From a virus (taxonomy: Duplodnaviria > Caudoviricetes), in IMG/VR virus record IMGVR_UViG_3300028048_000054: a stretch of DNA of 64,000 nucleotides; one strand, 5' to 3'. The notes under the pieces were generated by a model. The model had not been told where the DNA came from and did not search any database. It saw nothing but the letters and a program-made list of their open reading frames with translations. The translations under genes and the position numbers were made by a program. The first letter of the stretch is position 1, and each line of letters starts with the position of its first letter. Positions 9,794 through 18,315 of the stretch are shown piece after piece.

Positions 9794-10849
9794 TTAGTTC
9801 TCCGTTCCATAATTATCAAAGTATCTCTTTACATAAACAATTGGTGTTCCCTTATCACCACTACCACTTGTTAAGTCCATTAAAGATGCTAGTAAATCTA
9901 CATATCTTCTTGGAGTAGTGCCTTGACTTACCATATTGCCTTTTAAATTATTATCTTTATTTTGAATATCTGCTTTAATGGCTTCTTCTAATTCTTTACC
10001 ATTTAGATTAGCATACTTTTCATCGGCAATATTCTTTAACTTCAATTCGTTCGGAGTTCCCTCTAAACCTTTTGTATAAGCAGGTGAAGTAATTGGGTCG
10101 GCAAATTCCCAAATGCCACCTACGGGGTCTTTGAAACAGCCATCACCATAGACCATTACTTCTACTTTCTTTTGTAGTGTTCTGTTAAAGATATTTGCTT
10201 TAATTTCTTCAACGAGTTTTTGAGCGTAGTATTTAGAAGGAAATAATTTTAATTTTTCTTCACTTGCTTTATTTGAACCCAAAAGACCCCATTCACATTT
10301 ATTGCGACAAAAATCTGCCAATGTGAATTTCCCTAACTTATCACCAACAGGGTGGAGTCTACAATCAATAGCAGAGTCAAAATCATAATTAAGTGATTCA
10401 TTGGGCAATTTAATATAAGCGTCTTTACCCTCACCCTCAATGATTGATTTGTAGTATTCATCATAGTTAAGCCCTGTAAATGGGTGACAACGATACACAT
10501 TGCCGACTTCATCTACATAGTCTAGTCTAAGATGAACTCCAGATTGGGCGGCACGAGCAATTGCTTTTAGAATCATCGCAAATCTATTTCTGGAAAAAAT
10601 TGGACTAATAACAGTGATGTAGTTATGATTTCCAATTTTCTTTCTAATATCTTCGGCAACTTCATCTACTGTTACATAATTACCCTCTGCTCTTGCTACA
10701 ATAGATTCGGTAATGCCAATAACATCACCGTCTTCAATATTATCAATAGCATTTAAAACAACGTCAGTCACGATTTCTGCTAAATTATCGCCTTCTCTAA
10801 TAATTGGTGCTATTAAACCCGTAGAACTCACTCCATATTTTTTAGTCAT
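9794..10849 (-). CDS. F420-0:gamma-glutamyl ligase (CofE)-like protein
   Basis: PIIREGDNL, GITESIVARA, GDGCFKDP, DLTSGSGDKGTP. Confidence 0.8.
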   Translation of the reverse strand: MTKKYGVSSTGLIAPIIREGDNLAEIVTDVVLNAIDNIEDGDVIGITESIVARAEGNYVTVDEVAEDIRKKIGNHNYITVISPIFSRNRFAMILKAIARAAQSGVHLRLDYVDEVGNVYRCHPFTGLNYDEYYKSIIEGEGKDAYIKLPNESLNYDFDSAIDCRLHPVGDKLGKFTLADFCRNKCEWGLLGSNKASEEKLKLFPSKYYAQKLVEEIKANIFNRTLQKKVEVMVYGDGCFKDPVGGIWEFADPITSPAYTKGLEGTPNELKLKNIADEKYANLNGKELEEAIKADIQNKDNNLKGNMVSQGTTPRRYVDLLASLMDLTSGSGDKGTPIVYVKRYFDNYGTEN

Positions 10850-11060
10850 TTATGTCCTCCAAACCGCGTGATTGAAATATACCATAGGCAATATCAGACC
10901 CATATTTTTTTACCATTTTACCAAATTTAATACAATCAGTGGCACACTCGTTGTACAATTTAATATGATAAATTGGAGTGTGAAAGAACCGAGTCCACCA
11001 GTCAGATGTGGCGGTTCTATCAATGTTTAGAAATGTCCATATAAGTCTTAGTCGTGTCAT
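10842..11060 (-). CDS. hypothetical protein
   Basis: ORF, GGGAG SD. Confidence 0.65.
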   Translation of the reverse strand: MTRLRLIWTFLNIDRTATSDWWTRFFHTPIYHIKLYNECATDCIKFGKMVKKYGSDIAYGIFQSRGLEDIND

Positions 11061-11087
11061 TTTATTCTCCCTTTTTAATACAGTATC

Positions 11088-11303
11088 CTACTTATAATAC
11101 TCAGCATATTCGGAATTTCTTATATCCGATTTTATCTGTTGGTACGAATTTTTAATAATGTGTGTACTGGTCCCAAACGATACTAAACAATGTTCAGCAT
11201 CAATCTCTTTTATTAATTCAATCATATTAAGATTAATTAATATTGGTTCATACTTTAATGGACCACAACTTTGTTTAATTCCTTCTTGATATTCTACAAA
11301 CAT
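11088..11303 (-). CDS. hypothetical protein
   Basis: ORF, GAGG SD. Confidence 0.65.
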   Translation of the reverse strand: MFVEYQEGIKQSCGPLKYEPILINLNMIELIKEIDAEHCLVSFGTSTHIIKNSYQQIKSDIRNSEYAEYYK

Positions 11304-11845
11304 AATTTCCTCTTTACTTTTTGAATATAATCAATTAGTTCTTGGTCGGAAACTATTTGATAATTCCATACATCTATTCCTACATTTATGTTTAAAATTT
11401 TATTCTTCTTATCATAATAGTGTTTCCACAAATTATGAACGTGACCACACAAATGTATTGACAATCTGTTCTCTGGGTTCATAGGCGATGGGTAGTGTGA
11501 AGCACTAACCATATATGGACCCAAATGTGTTATCAATAAATCGGCAACAGTATTAACCCTGTTGTTTGTATCGTGATTTCCTTTGATACTTATAAATGTT
11601 GGTTTTATCTGGTCAAGATAATATGATTCTTTTTTCTTTTCACCAGGCACACCACGTTCACCACCATAGCACATAAAGTCACCTAAATGTACCAGAGTAT
11701 CTCTCTCACCAGCACGCATATTGATGTTGTTAATTAAAACTTCGTCCATACGCTCCGCTGATTTAAATGGTCTGTCACAATATTTAATAATATTGACGTG
11801 TTGAAAATGTAAATCAGAAGTCCAGAATCTAGCCATAGTACACAT
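11294..11845 (-). CDS. calcineurin-like metallophosphoesterase
   Basis: SDLH, LGD, GNHD, GHVH, NVGID motifs. Confidence 0.92.
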   Translation of the reverse strand: MCTMARFWTSDLHFQHVNIIKYCDRPFKSAERMDEVLINNINMRAGERDTLVHLGDFMCYGGERGVPGEKKKESYYLDQIKPTFISIKGNHDTNNRVNTVADLLITHLGPYMVSASHYPSPMNPENRLSIHLCGHVHNLWKHYYDKKNKILNINVGIDVWNYQIVSDQELIDYIQKVKRKLCL

Positions 11846-12026
11846 ACTCCCTGTTTGTATCTATGTATGAATTGATACGGACCACGGCCCCGTCATCTTC
11901 TACATCGGCAGACAAAATCAAATCTTTATACATCCAGTATTTTGTACCAACATCATCATACAAAATCTTACCAGATTTCAAAGCATCTATAATTTCATCT
12001 ACTGTAGTTACTGTAAATTTGTTCAT
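11829..12026 (-). CDS. hypothetical protein
   Basis: ORF, GAGGTG SD. Confidence 0.65.
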   Translation of the reverse strand: MNKFTVTTVDEIIDALKSGKILYDDVGTKYWMYKDLILSADVEDDGAVVRINSYIDTNREYVYYG

Positions 12027-12277
12027 TTCATCACCTCATCATAATTAATCACAATCGGTCCGTTAGTTCCCTTTTCATTAAGTAGAGTTAACAGTTTGTC
12101 CTTATGAAAATGTATAGTATCTACAAACTTTATAGCACCATTAATACTAATATACACTGGGCACGGAAACAAACTTTCTTTAGAACTCATCAAGGTCGAT
12201 GTTGTGTATTTTATCAGTATCTTTTTTGTCGCTGCTGTCATCTTTAATAACTCCATACTCATCTTCATAATGCTCAT
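12023..12277 (-). CDS. hypothetical protein (true start likely internal)
   Basis: ORF in packed operon. Confidence 0.45.
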   Translation of the reverse strand: MSIMKMSMELLKMTAATKKILIKYTTSTLMSSKESLFPCPVYISINGAIKFVDTIHFHKDKLLTLLNEKGTNGPIVINYDEVMK

Positions 12278-12635
12278 TTAACCATTTTTCAAACTCGTGT
12301 AATGGCGTATGATGTTTAATAGTATAAACACACATTTGTAATAATGTATCTAACTCACTATATTTAAAAGAACTTATTCTGTACTGAGGAAATGTATTCT
12401 CCCATCCATACGAATTTGCCCGCCTATTCTTATAGTATAGATAAACTTTGTGTGTGTCTTCATTGTGTTGCTCATATATAGTATATGAGAATAGTTCTAT
12501 ATTATCTGGATTTGCTACCAGTACGAACGCCTCAGCAAATTTTAAGACAGGAACAACTAGCCCGTCTCGTCTAACAACATAGGTGTCCTCACCACCAGCA
12601 TCTATTAATCTCTGTGTAAATTCCCTTAGTTTCAT
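12180..12635 (-). CDS. hypothetical protein
   Basis: 151 aa ORF. Confidence 0.7.
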   Translation of the reverse strand: MKLREFTQRLIDAGGEDTYVVRRDGLVVPVLKFAEAFVLVANPDNIELFSYTIYEQHNEDTHKVYLYYKNRRANSYGWENTFPQYRISSFKYSELDTLLQMCVYTIKHHTPLHEFEKWLNEHYEDEYGVIKDDSSDKKDTDKIHNIDLDEF

Positions 12636-12655
12636 AATTCTATTTTACATAATTG

Positions 12656-12925
12656 TTAATTTTTTGTCAAATTCTGTTTAATCATTTCGAGCATACCCTC
12701 TAACTCATACTCGGCTGCTTCCAATGCTTCTTTCTTTGTTAAATACATATACTTGTGGTCGGTATCATTAAACACATCAACACAACCATCATCAAATGTT
12801 ACTTCTACTTCACCCGCTTCGTTTGCTTTTACGTCTTCTACTTTACAGTCGTGAACAATATAATTTAGTCCCAAATAATAAATTACTTGTCCTTTCTCCA
12901 ATTTACCCGCATCATTTTTTGTCAT
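12656..12925 (-). CDS. hypothetical protein
   Basis: 89 aa ORF. Confidence 0.7.
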   Translation of the reverse strand: MTKNDAGKLEKGQVIYYLGLNYIVHDCKVEDVKANEAGEVEVTFDDGCVDVFNDTDHKYMYLTKKEALEAAEYELEGMLEMIKQNLTKN

Positions 12926-13775
12926 AACCTATCCTGAACCTTTCGGACATCTCATAATCATATGTATAACCCTTATAGTTCACATCTCCTTTATCTATCT
13001 CTTCTCGTTCTCTATTTCTTAACGTCTCTACATTGCGTACTATTTCCTGCGTTACTACAAACAAAAATCTTTCTGGTCCTTTTTCTTTTATTCCATATGT
13101 TTCCAGAGCACAAAATGTTTCTGGGTATAGCCTACCATAGTCAACCAAGTCTGACGATTTTTCTGGTAGTTCCCTAGTTGATTTTAATTTCAACACGCAT
13201 TTGTTTGCCTCATCTTTACGAAGACGAAATAGAGATGTCATTACTTGTTTTGTATTTGTTTCACCTCTATGTGTACGCCGTCTAACATACAATGAATTGC
13301 TGGCCACATATGCTTCTACAGAGCCTCGTTTTAGTTTAGATGCGTGGTTATCTTTTTTAAGAGGAATCGTGTACAATAAGTTTGATGGAAATTTTGTTAC
13401 ATTTAATTGATATGATGTTTCTTTAATCAGTTGAATTAAATCACAACTACCATCAGTTATACTATGCGCCCCATATCTAAAAAATAAATTCACATCGTAG
13501 TCTGCCATCTCTGGAACTATGACAACGATTCGTGAAGAAGTATTCTGTCGTAGATACCGAACACATTTGTAGTACTCACCCTTTTTCTTACCATACGCAT
13601 ACACTACTACGATGTCTGGCTTATAAATTGTCAAAAATCTTTTCATTGTTGAGTCATACGAACTGGACCCAACAAACTCTATCTCACTATGCTTCTGTAA
13701 TTCTATCGTTGTTAGTGTGCGTGGTAAATCATCATTACACACCAACAATGTTTTAATTTTGTTGCCCAACACCAT
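12912..13775 (-). CDS. protein with N-terminal degenerate response-regulator receiver domain
   Basis: IKTLLVCND...KPDIVVVYA...IVVIV...YGAHS follows REC beta/alpha pattern; phosphoacceptor Asp position appears to be Tyr. Confidence 0.6.
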   Translation of the reverse strand: MVLGNKIKTLLVCNDDLPRTLTTIELQKHSEIEFVGSSSYDSTMKRFLTIYKPDIVVVYAYGKKKGEYYKCVRYLRQNTSSRIVVIVPEMADYDVNLFFRYGAHSITDGSCDLIQLIKETSYQLNVTKFPSNLLYTIPLKKDNHASKLKRGSVEAYVASNSLYVRRRTHRGETNTKQVMTSLFRLRKDEANKCVLKLKSTRELPEKSSDLVDYGRLYPETFCALETYGIKEKGPERFLFVVTQEIVRNVETLRNREREEIDKGDVNYKGYTYDYEMSERFRIGYDKK

Positions 13776-14043
13776 ATAATTTATTTACTTCAAAATACTT
13801 AAATGCTTTGACGAAATTATAGAACAAAATAGAATTATCATTCTTAATTTTCCCATCAATATACAACTGCCAAACCTGGTTAATTGTAAAGCCAAGGTTT
13901 AACTTTTTAGCCCACTCTACAAACCAATTGTAGATATATTCAGACTGGGTAATAACTTCATCATCTTTAAGTATTTTTATCTCTGGTAATATCATACATA
14001 CATTATACAAAATATAACAAAAAAAGTCAAGAGGCAATAACAC
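13753..14043 (-). CDS. hypothetical protein (true start ~13995, downstream of promoter)
   Basis: ORF. Confidence 0.6.
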   Translation of the reverse strand: MLLPLDFFCYILYNVCMILPEIKILKDDEVITQSEYIYNWFVEWAKKLNLGFTINQVWQLYIDGKIKNDNSILFYNFVKAFKYFEVNKLYGVGQQN

Positions 14044-14052
14044 CTCTTGACC
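14002..14052 (-). promoter_or_regulatory. terminator hairpin overlapping a sigma70 promoter
   Basis: GTCAAGAGG...CCTCTTGAC + T-run; TTGACT-17-TATAAT. Confidence 0.75.
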
Positions 14053-14073
14053 CCAAACTACATACTATTAAAT

Positions 14074-14589
14074 CTATCCTAATTGTGCCGCATACATAGA
14101 TGTCAATTCAGATGAACATCTCTGTACCGTTCTGTCCCATAACCTAGTTGGGAACCCGTGATGTAACTTACCTGCTGGTCTTATCACACTCACTGGGTTA
14201 TTCCAATCTTTTCTAACTTCCATAACCCCGTATGGTGTACCCTCTACTACTCTAAAAACATCTTTAACCAAATGAGATTCTACTGCATAAAACAACTTAT
14301 TTGGCATTAATTTATACACAGGGTCTGGAAGTTTATGCCCTGGGTTAATTAATTCGTTGAGATAGGCATCGTGTTTCTTTTGTTTTGATTTGAACTCGTG
14401 CTCAAAATCAGATAACGAAACTTTAATCTCTACTTCTTGAACATCTGTACTACACGCCCCAATTACATCGGCGAAGTAGTTATTTAATACTCCTACTTCT
14501 GTTGCTACTAACGGCCAATGTCTTATGAACCGATAGTAGTACATTACTAAACCTTTTATTTCTATTGATGTTAATGGGTGCATAATCAA
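14074..14589 (-). CDS. PD-(D/E)XK nuclease, MmcB-like
   Basis: EV...ADV...EVEIKVSLSDF motif. Confidence 0.7.
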   Translation of the reverse strand: MIMHPLTSIEIKGLVMYYYRFIRHWPLVATEVGVLNNYFADVIGACSTDVQEVEIKVSLSDFEHEFKSKQKKHDAYLNELINPGHKLPDPVYKLMPNKLFYAVESHLVKDVFRVVEGTPYGVMEVRKDWNNPVSVIRPAGKLHHGFPTRLWDRTVQRCSSELTSMYAAQLG

Positions 14590-14590
14590 T

Positions 14591-14663
14591 TACCGATGGC
14601 AGGACTTGAACCCGCAATTCAGAGTTCGTAGCTCTGTGTGATGTCCATTTCACTACATCGGTA
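14591..14663 (-). tRNA. tRNA-Arg(ACG)
   Basis: cloverleaf, anticodon arm CAGAG-CTACGAA-CTCTG, T loop TTCAAGT; no encoded CCA. Confidence 0.9.
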
Positions 14664-15117
14664 TTACTTTAACTAAATACGCCGCCAATAAGCAGCAATT
14701 AAAAGCAATCAAATTAGACAAAAATACGTCTAAAAACCAATGTGCTTTAACTTTTATTCTTGTCCAGCCACACAGCCAGGCCAACAATAAGAAAGGAATA
14801 AATACATACCAAGGCTGAATGAAAAATAAACAGAAGTAAGCGGGCAAGCAAGCACTCATAGAGTGACCACTGCATAAACTTTCTCCATCCTTATGTGAGT
14901 AACCGTGTACATAAATTACGTGGTCCCCAACGGTATCACGTGGTCTTGGCTCGTCAAATATTCCTTTCAAAATCTGTACAATTAAATTTCCAATACCATA
15001 TACTACTGCAAATAATACCAATAATTTCCACCCACTTAAAAAGAATATCACGGGCAGTGCTGCTATTGGTAGTAACAAAGTTAGAACATCGCCTAATTTC
15101 TTAATAAAGTTCATCAT
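14653..15117 (-). CDS. PAP2-family membrane phosphatase
   Basis: K...RP, SGH, R...H...DV motifs, TM helices. Confidence 0.88.
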   Translation of the reverse strand: MMNFIKKLGDVLTLLLPIAALPVIFFLSGWKLLVLFAVVYGIGNLIVQILKGIFDEPRPRDTVGDHVIYVHGYSHKDGESLCSGHSMSACLPAYFCLFFIQPWYVFIPFLLLAWLCGWTRIKVKAHWFLDVFLSNLIAFNCCLLAAYLVKVIPM

Positions 15118-15241
15118 TAATCTTTTCCTTTACAAGTCTTCTCTTTGCTTTATTTCTTTGTCTTTTTGCTAACTTTCTTGCTGAAGTTTTGGTTGTTGTG
15201 TACCGCCACTCATCTTGTTTAACGTGTAAATCTCTGTCCAT
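15101..15241 (-). CDS. small basic protein (46 aa, not in ORF track)
   Basis: MDRDLHVKQDEWRYTTTKTSARKLAKRQRNKAKRRLVKEKINDELY fills the gap exactly. Confidence 0.55.
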   Translation of the reverse strand: MDRDLHVKQDEWRYTTTKTSARKLAKRQRNKAKRRLVKEKINDELY

Positions 15242-15242
15242 A

Positions 15243-15545
15243 TTACCAGATTGCGTATTTTCTTTTTTTGGTATCAGGGTCTAGAATTACAAATCTGTTG
15301 TTGACAATTAAACAGGGCACATCTTTCAATTTGCCCTTTTTATTTTTAACTGCGAACATCATTTTCTTTCCTTGATACACCTTGACCTTCGCATATTTAG
15401 GGTCCTTTTCGTGCCACTCTCTTGTTATATTCTTGAACCAATCTAAAGAGTGTTTGGATTCACCGAAGATAACAACGGTGAACCGACTTACTAATTGGCA
15501 TAGTAAGTAATACGTTTTCATCCATAATTCATATACTTTCATCAT
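15243..15545 (-). CDS. hypothetical protein
   Basis: ORF, AGGTG SD. Confidence 0.7.
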   Translation of the reverse strand: MMKVYELWMKTYYLLCQLVSRFTVVIFGESKHSLDWFKNITREWHEKDPKYAKVKVYQGKKMMFAVKNKKGKLKDVPCLIVNNRFVILDPDTKKRKYAIW

Positions 15546-15561
15546 TTAGTTCACCTTAAAA

Positions 15562-15638
15562 TGGCACGTGTCCTTGGAATTGAACCAAGAGTATTCTGGT
15601 TTTGGAGACCAGTGGTTTACCAATTAACCGAGACACGT
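15562..15638 (-). tRNA. tRNA-Trp(CCA)
   Basis: CTGGT-CTCCAAA-ACCAG, CCA end. Confidence 0.92.
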
Positions 15639-15694
15639 AAAATGGTGCGGAAGGAGGGAGTCGAACCCTCACGGACTTGCGTCCAACAGATTTT

Positions 15695-16287
15695 CGTACC
15701 ACACTTACTTTCGTAAGCAACTTTCGTTTTGTAGTCTGGACTTTATCTTTACCATAGATTTCTCTTTAGGTAGTGCCTGTTAAGTCTCTACACCTTCCAT
15801 TTCTGGATTGGCTCGGTATTCCCATAGGAAAGGGTTCACCGAATTTAAGCACATTCAGTCATAGACTTTCGTCTACGCTGCTCGTCTGTACCATATAGAC
15901 CACTACACTTTCGTGAACAAAACGGACCTCTCTTACCACGTTTTGAATCACTTGCTCTGCGTTGTTGTTGAGCACGTGTCATTGTAAATTTCTTACCACA
16001 ATACACACAAGTTGCAACAACATTATCAGAATACTTAGTAGAGTGTTGTCGTTGATGTTCACCACGAGGAATAACAGTCAAATTATCAAGACTATTATTT
16101 TTCATATTTCCATCTATATGGTGTACATCTTCATATGGTTCTAATGGCCTTCCTAATTTTTCAGCCATTAGTATTCTAGGATAAGATATGACTTTGTGTG
16201 TTACTTTGTCATAACACCGATACCTACCATCTTTATTTACATAGATATTGTATCGTTTTGTGTCTACCATAATATCTTCCTATATCC
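15695..16287 (-). mobile_element. group I intron (IC3-like) in tRNA-Leu anticodon
   Basis: exon ends in U, intron ends in G; core P AATTCGGTGAA, Q AATACCGAGC, R GTGTAGAGACTTAA, S AAGATAAAGTCC; P2 and P3 pairings present. Confidence 0.92.
15845..16270 (-). CDS. intron-encoded HNH homing endonuclease
   Basis: LGRPL...VHHIDGN..NN..DNL...H plus CxxC...CxxxC zinc motif. Confidence 0.9.
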   Translation of the reverse strand: MVDTKRYNIYVNKDGRYRCYDKVTHKVISYPRILMAEKLGRPLEPYEDVHHIDGNMKNNSLDNLTVIPRGEHQRQHSTKYSDNVVATCVYCGKKFTMTRAQQQRRASDSKRGKRGPFCSRKCSGLYGTDEQRRRKSMTECA

Positions 16288-16323
16288 AAGTCTGTCGCGT
16301 CTACCAGTTCCACCACTACCGCA

Positions 16324-16428
16324 TTATTTATTTCTATTAAGTATTTTGTATGTAATTAAATCTGCCACAACATTAATAAAAATGTTGCCTATAAACCCTA
16401 CAAGAACACCTAATAAAAAATGTATCAT
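16324..16428 (-). CDS. small membrane peptide (34 aa)
   Basis: MIHFLLGVLVGFIGNIFINVVADLITYKILNRNK fills the gap between two tRNAs; no clear SD. Confidence 0.4.
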   Translation of the reverse strand: MIHFLLGVLVGFIGNIFINVVADLITYKILNRNK

Positions 16429-16433
16429 AAATC

Positions 16434-16508
16434 TGGGTTGAACGAACGGAATTGAACCGTTGCCTCTTGAGTCACAATCAAGCGGGCTACCATTACACCA
16501 CGCCCAAC
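16434..16508 (-). tRNA. tRNA-His(GTG)
   Basis: CTTGA-TTGTGAC-TCAAG, G-1:C73, CCA. Confidence 0.92.
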
Positions 16509-16525
16509 ATAAATCTTTTAAATCC

Positions 16526-16600
16526 TACCCTCGGTGGGACTCAAACCCACAAGCCTTGGAGGTAGAAGCTCCACGTGCTATTCAATTACACCACGAGGGC
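16526..16600 (-). tRNA. tRNA-Arg(TCT)
   Basis: TGGAG-CTTCTAC-CTCCA. Confidence 0.88.
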
Positions 16601-17123
16601 GTTTAAATCCATTATCTTTTCTAGTTCGTACTGTCTTTGGGTCAATTCCATAATCTTTAACCCATTTAACAATTGTCTTGTCAGACACACCATATTTCTT
16701 TCCAACTGCTACATATGAACTAGTTTTTATTTCTTTTATTAATGTGTCTGCATCAGGTCTTTCACATCTTCTACTTCTTAATCCCCTACAATGCTTACAC
16801 ATAATAGCACCAGCACACATTTCTTTTCCACATACTGGGCATATTCGTGACCTTTTTATAGCAACAAATATATGTGGTTGAATTTCTTCCACATCACATC
16901 CCTTATGAAAAGCACTGTGGTCATTATTAGTTGCAAATATCATTAAATTCTCAGGTCTGTTATCACGTTTATTCAAATTTATATGATGTACGTGTTCTTC
17001 TGGTTTTAAATAACGCCCAATCATTTCTTCTGCAACTAATCTATGTTCTGCTACACACCCATTTGTCTTTGCGTGTGGGTGAGTTGGTACATAAACATAC
17101 TTATAGTCAATTCGTTTTGCCAT
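16578..17123 (-). CDS. free-standing HNH endonuclease with zinc ribbon and HTH
   Basis: EHRLVAE..IGRYL...VHHIN..KRDNRPENL. Confidence 0.9.
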   Translation of the reverse strand: MAKRIDYKYVYVPTHPHAKTNGCVAEHRLVAEEMIGRYLKPEEHVHHINLNKRDNRPENLMIFATNNDHSAFHKGCDVEEIQPHIFVAIKRSRICPVCGKEMCAGAIMCKHCRGLRSRRCERPDADTLIKEIKTSSYVAVGKKYGVSDKTIVKWVKDYGIDPKTVRTRKDNGFKRPRGVIE

Positions 17124-17131
17124 AAAATCTC

Positions 17132-17212
17132 TAGGGATAGTAGGAGTTGCACCTACACACCTCTCGGCACTAGTTTCTAAGACTAGCGTGTCTGCTGTTC
17201 CACCATATCCCC
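17132..17212 (-). tRNA. tRNA-Leu(TAG)
   Basis: CTAGT-CTTAGAA-ACTAG, long V arm. Confidence 0.88.
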
Positions 17213-17220
17213 ATTAAATT

Positions 17221-17295
17221 TGGAGCGAACTACGGGGCTTGAACCCGCCCACCAACATTGGCAATGTCGTATGCTACCACTAACATCAAGTTCGC
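17221..17295 (-). tRNA. tRNA-Gly(GCC)
   Basis: CGACA-TTGCCAA-TGTTG, U73 CCA. Confidence 0.92.
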
Positions 17296-17299
17296 ATTT

Positions 17300-17375
17300 T
17301 GGAGCGACTAAAGGGATTTCAACCCTTCCTCTATCGTTGGAAGCGATACGTGCTATGCTCTGACACTATAGTCGC
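17300..17375 (-). tRNA. tRNA-Gly(TCC)
   Basis: TATCG-CTTCCAA-CGATA, U73 CCA. Confidence 0.88.
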
Positions 17376-17380
17376 AAAAA

Positions 17381-17456
17381 TGGCTGCCTAGACAGGACTT
17401 GAACCTGTAACATTTCGATTAACAGTCGAACACTCTACCCATTGAGTTACTAGGCA
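17381..17456 (-). tRNA. tRNA-Asn(GTT)
   Basis: TTCGA-CTGTTAA-TCGAA, G73 CCA. Confidence 0.93.
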
Positions 17457-17956
17457 ATATTTTCAAATTGTTTATAGTATTTACGAACCGTACCACGACT
17501 TATTTTGAGTTTATCAGCAATTACATAATCAGAATTACCACAACTTTTTAATTCTATTATTTTACTAATATACTTATCATAGGTTGTTGCACTTTTCTCA
17601 ACTACAAATCGTTTTTGTTGCGCGTGTACTTCTCTGTGACAATTAGAACAAAGCAATACACACTTATCTAATTCTTTTTTAAGTTTATCCCAACTATGTG
17701 TTGTTCCATATTGAGATATACCAAAATCTTTTTGCGTTGGGTCTTTATGGTGAAACTCTAAAGCATCAACACACTTATTATACCCACAACAACTACACTT
17801 TCCACCAAGATATTCTACTGCTTTTAACTTAATTCTTCTACGCCGTAGTGTTACTGCTTCCGCTGCACATTTCTTACATCTTGTATGCCCGTCTTTTTCA
17901 AATTTATGTTCCGTAAGTCCGTGGTATTTACACTCTTTTAATACTGTTTTATTCAT
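17450..17956 (-). CDS. free-standing HNH endonuclease
   Basis: GGKCSCCGY...LEFHH.D...CVLLCSNCHREVH + C-terminal HTH. Confidence 0.9.
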   Translation of the reverse strand: MNKTVLKECKYHGLTEHKFEKDGHTRCKKCAAEAVTLRRRRIKLKAVEYLGGKCSCCGYNKCVDALEFHHKDPTQKDFGISQYGTTHSWDKLKKELDKCVLLCSNCHREVHAQQKRFVVEKSATTYDKYISKIIELKSCGNSDYVIADKLKISRGTVRKYYKQFENIA

Positions 17957-17969
17957 TGTACAAAATAAA

Positions 17970-18119
17970 ACCCACTCGATTCGTAAAAGTTGGAACTCTT
18001 TGGTAGCCGAGTGGGTATTCAGTACAAGCCTGAATAAAATCTTTGGTTATAACACTAGGTGTTGCTACCCAGGAGGTTCCAATTCCTGTCCTACACCTAA
18101 TGCAAGAGTGTAAACCAAA
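17970..18119 (-). ncRNA. structured RNA: two hairpins with mutually complementary loops
   Basis: stems GCATTAGGTGT/ACACCTAGTGT and CCCACTCG/CGAGTGGG; TTGGAAC/GTTCCAA and GGTAGC/GCTACC complementarities. Confidence 0.55.
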
Positions 18120-18138
18120 CTTTAATTTTCAAATATAT

Positions 18139-18225
18139 CGGAAGCGGAAGGATTTGAACCTTCGAACCCTTTCGGATTGCTCGTTTAGTAGACGAGTGCT
18201 TTCGACCAGACTCAGCCACGCTTCC
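18139..18225 (-). tRNA. tRNA-Ser(ACT)
   Basis: GGAAGCG acceptor, CTCGT-CTACTAA-ACGAG, long V arm, G73. Confidence 0.88.
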
Positions 18226-18228
18226 AAA

Positions 18229-18315
18229 TGGAGCCAGGTATTGGATTTACACCAATGATGTCCTTACGGAAACGGTTTTGCGGACCGCTGAGTTCGATTT
18301 CTCCCCCAACCTGGC
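18229..18315 (-). tRNA. tRNA-Cys(GCA), atypical (long V arm, C33)
   Basis: GCGGT-CCGCAAA-ACCGT, U73 CCA, TCC-GTAA-GGA variable arm. Confidence 0.8.

Larger units (their letters stand above)
15643..16322 (-). tRNA. trnL: tRNA-Leu(TAA), split: exon 1 16288-16322, exon 2 15643-15694
   Basis: joined exons give GCGGTAG...ACAGA-CTT^AAAA-TCTGT...long V arm...GGGTTCGACTCCC...CCGCACCA. Confidence 0.92.

Noticed and set aside
12912-13775. Bona fide Spo0A homologue
   Set aside because: Only a faint LYP...ER resemblance; the SRVERAIR recognition helix is absent
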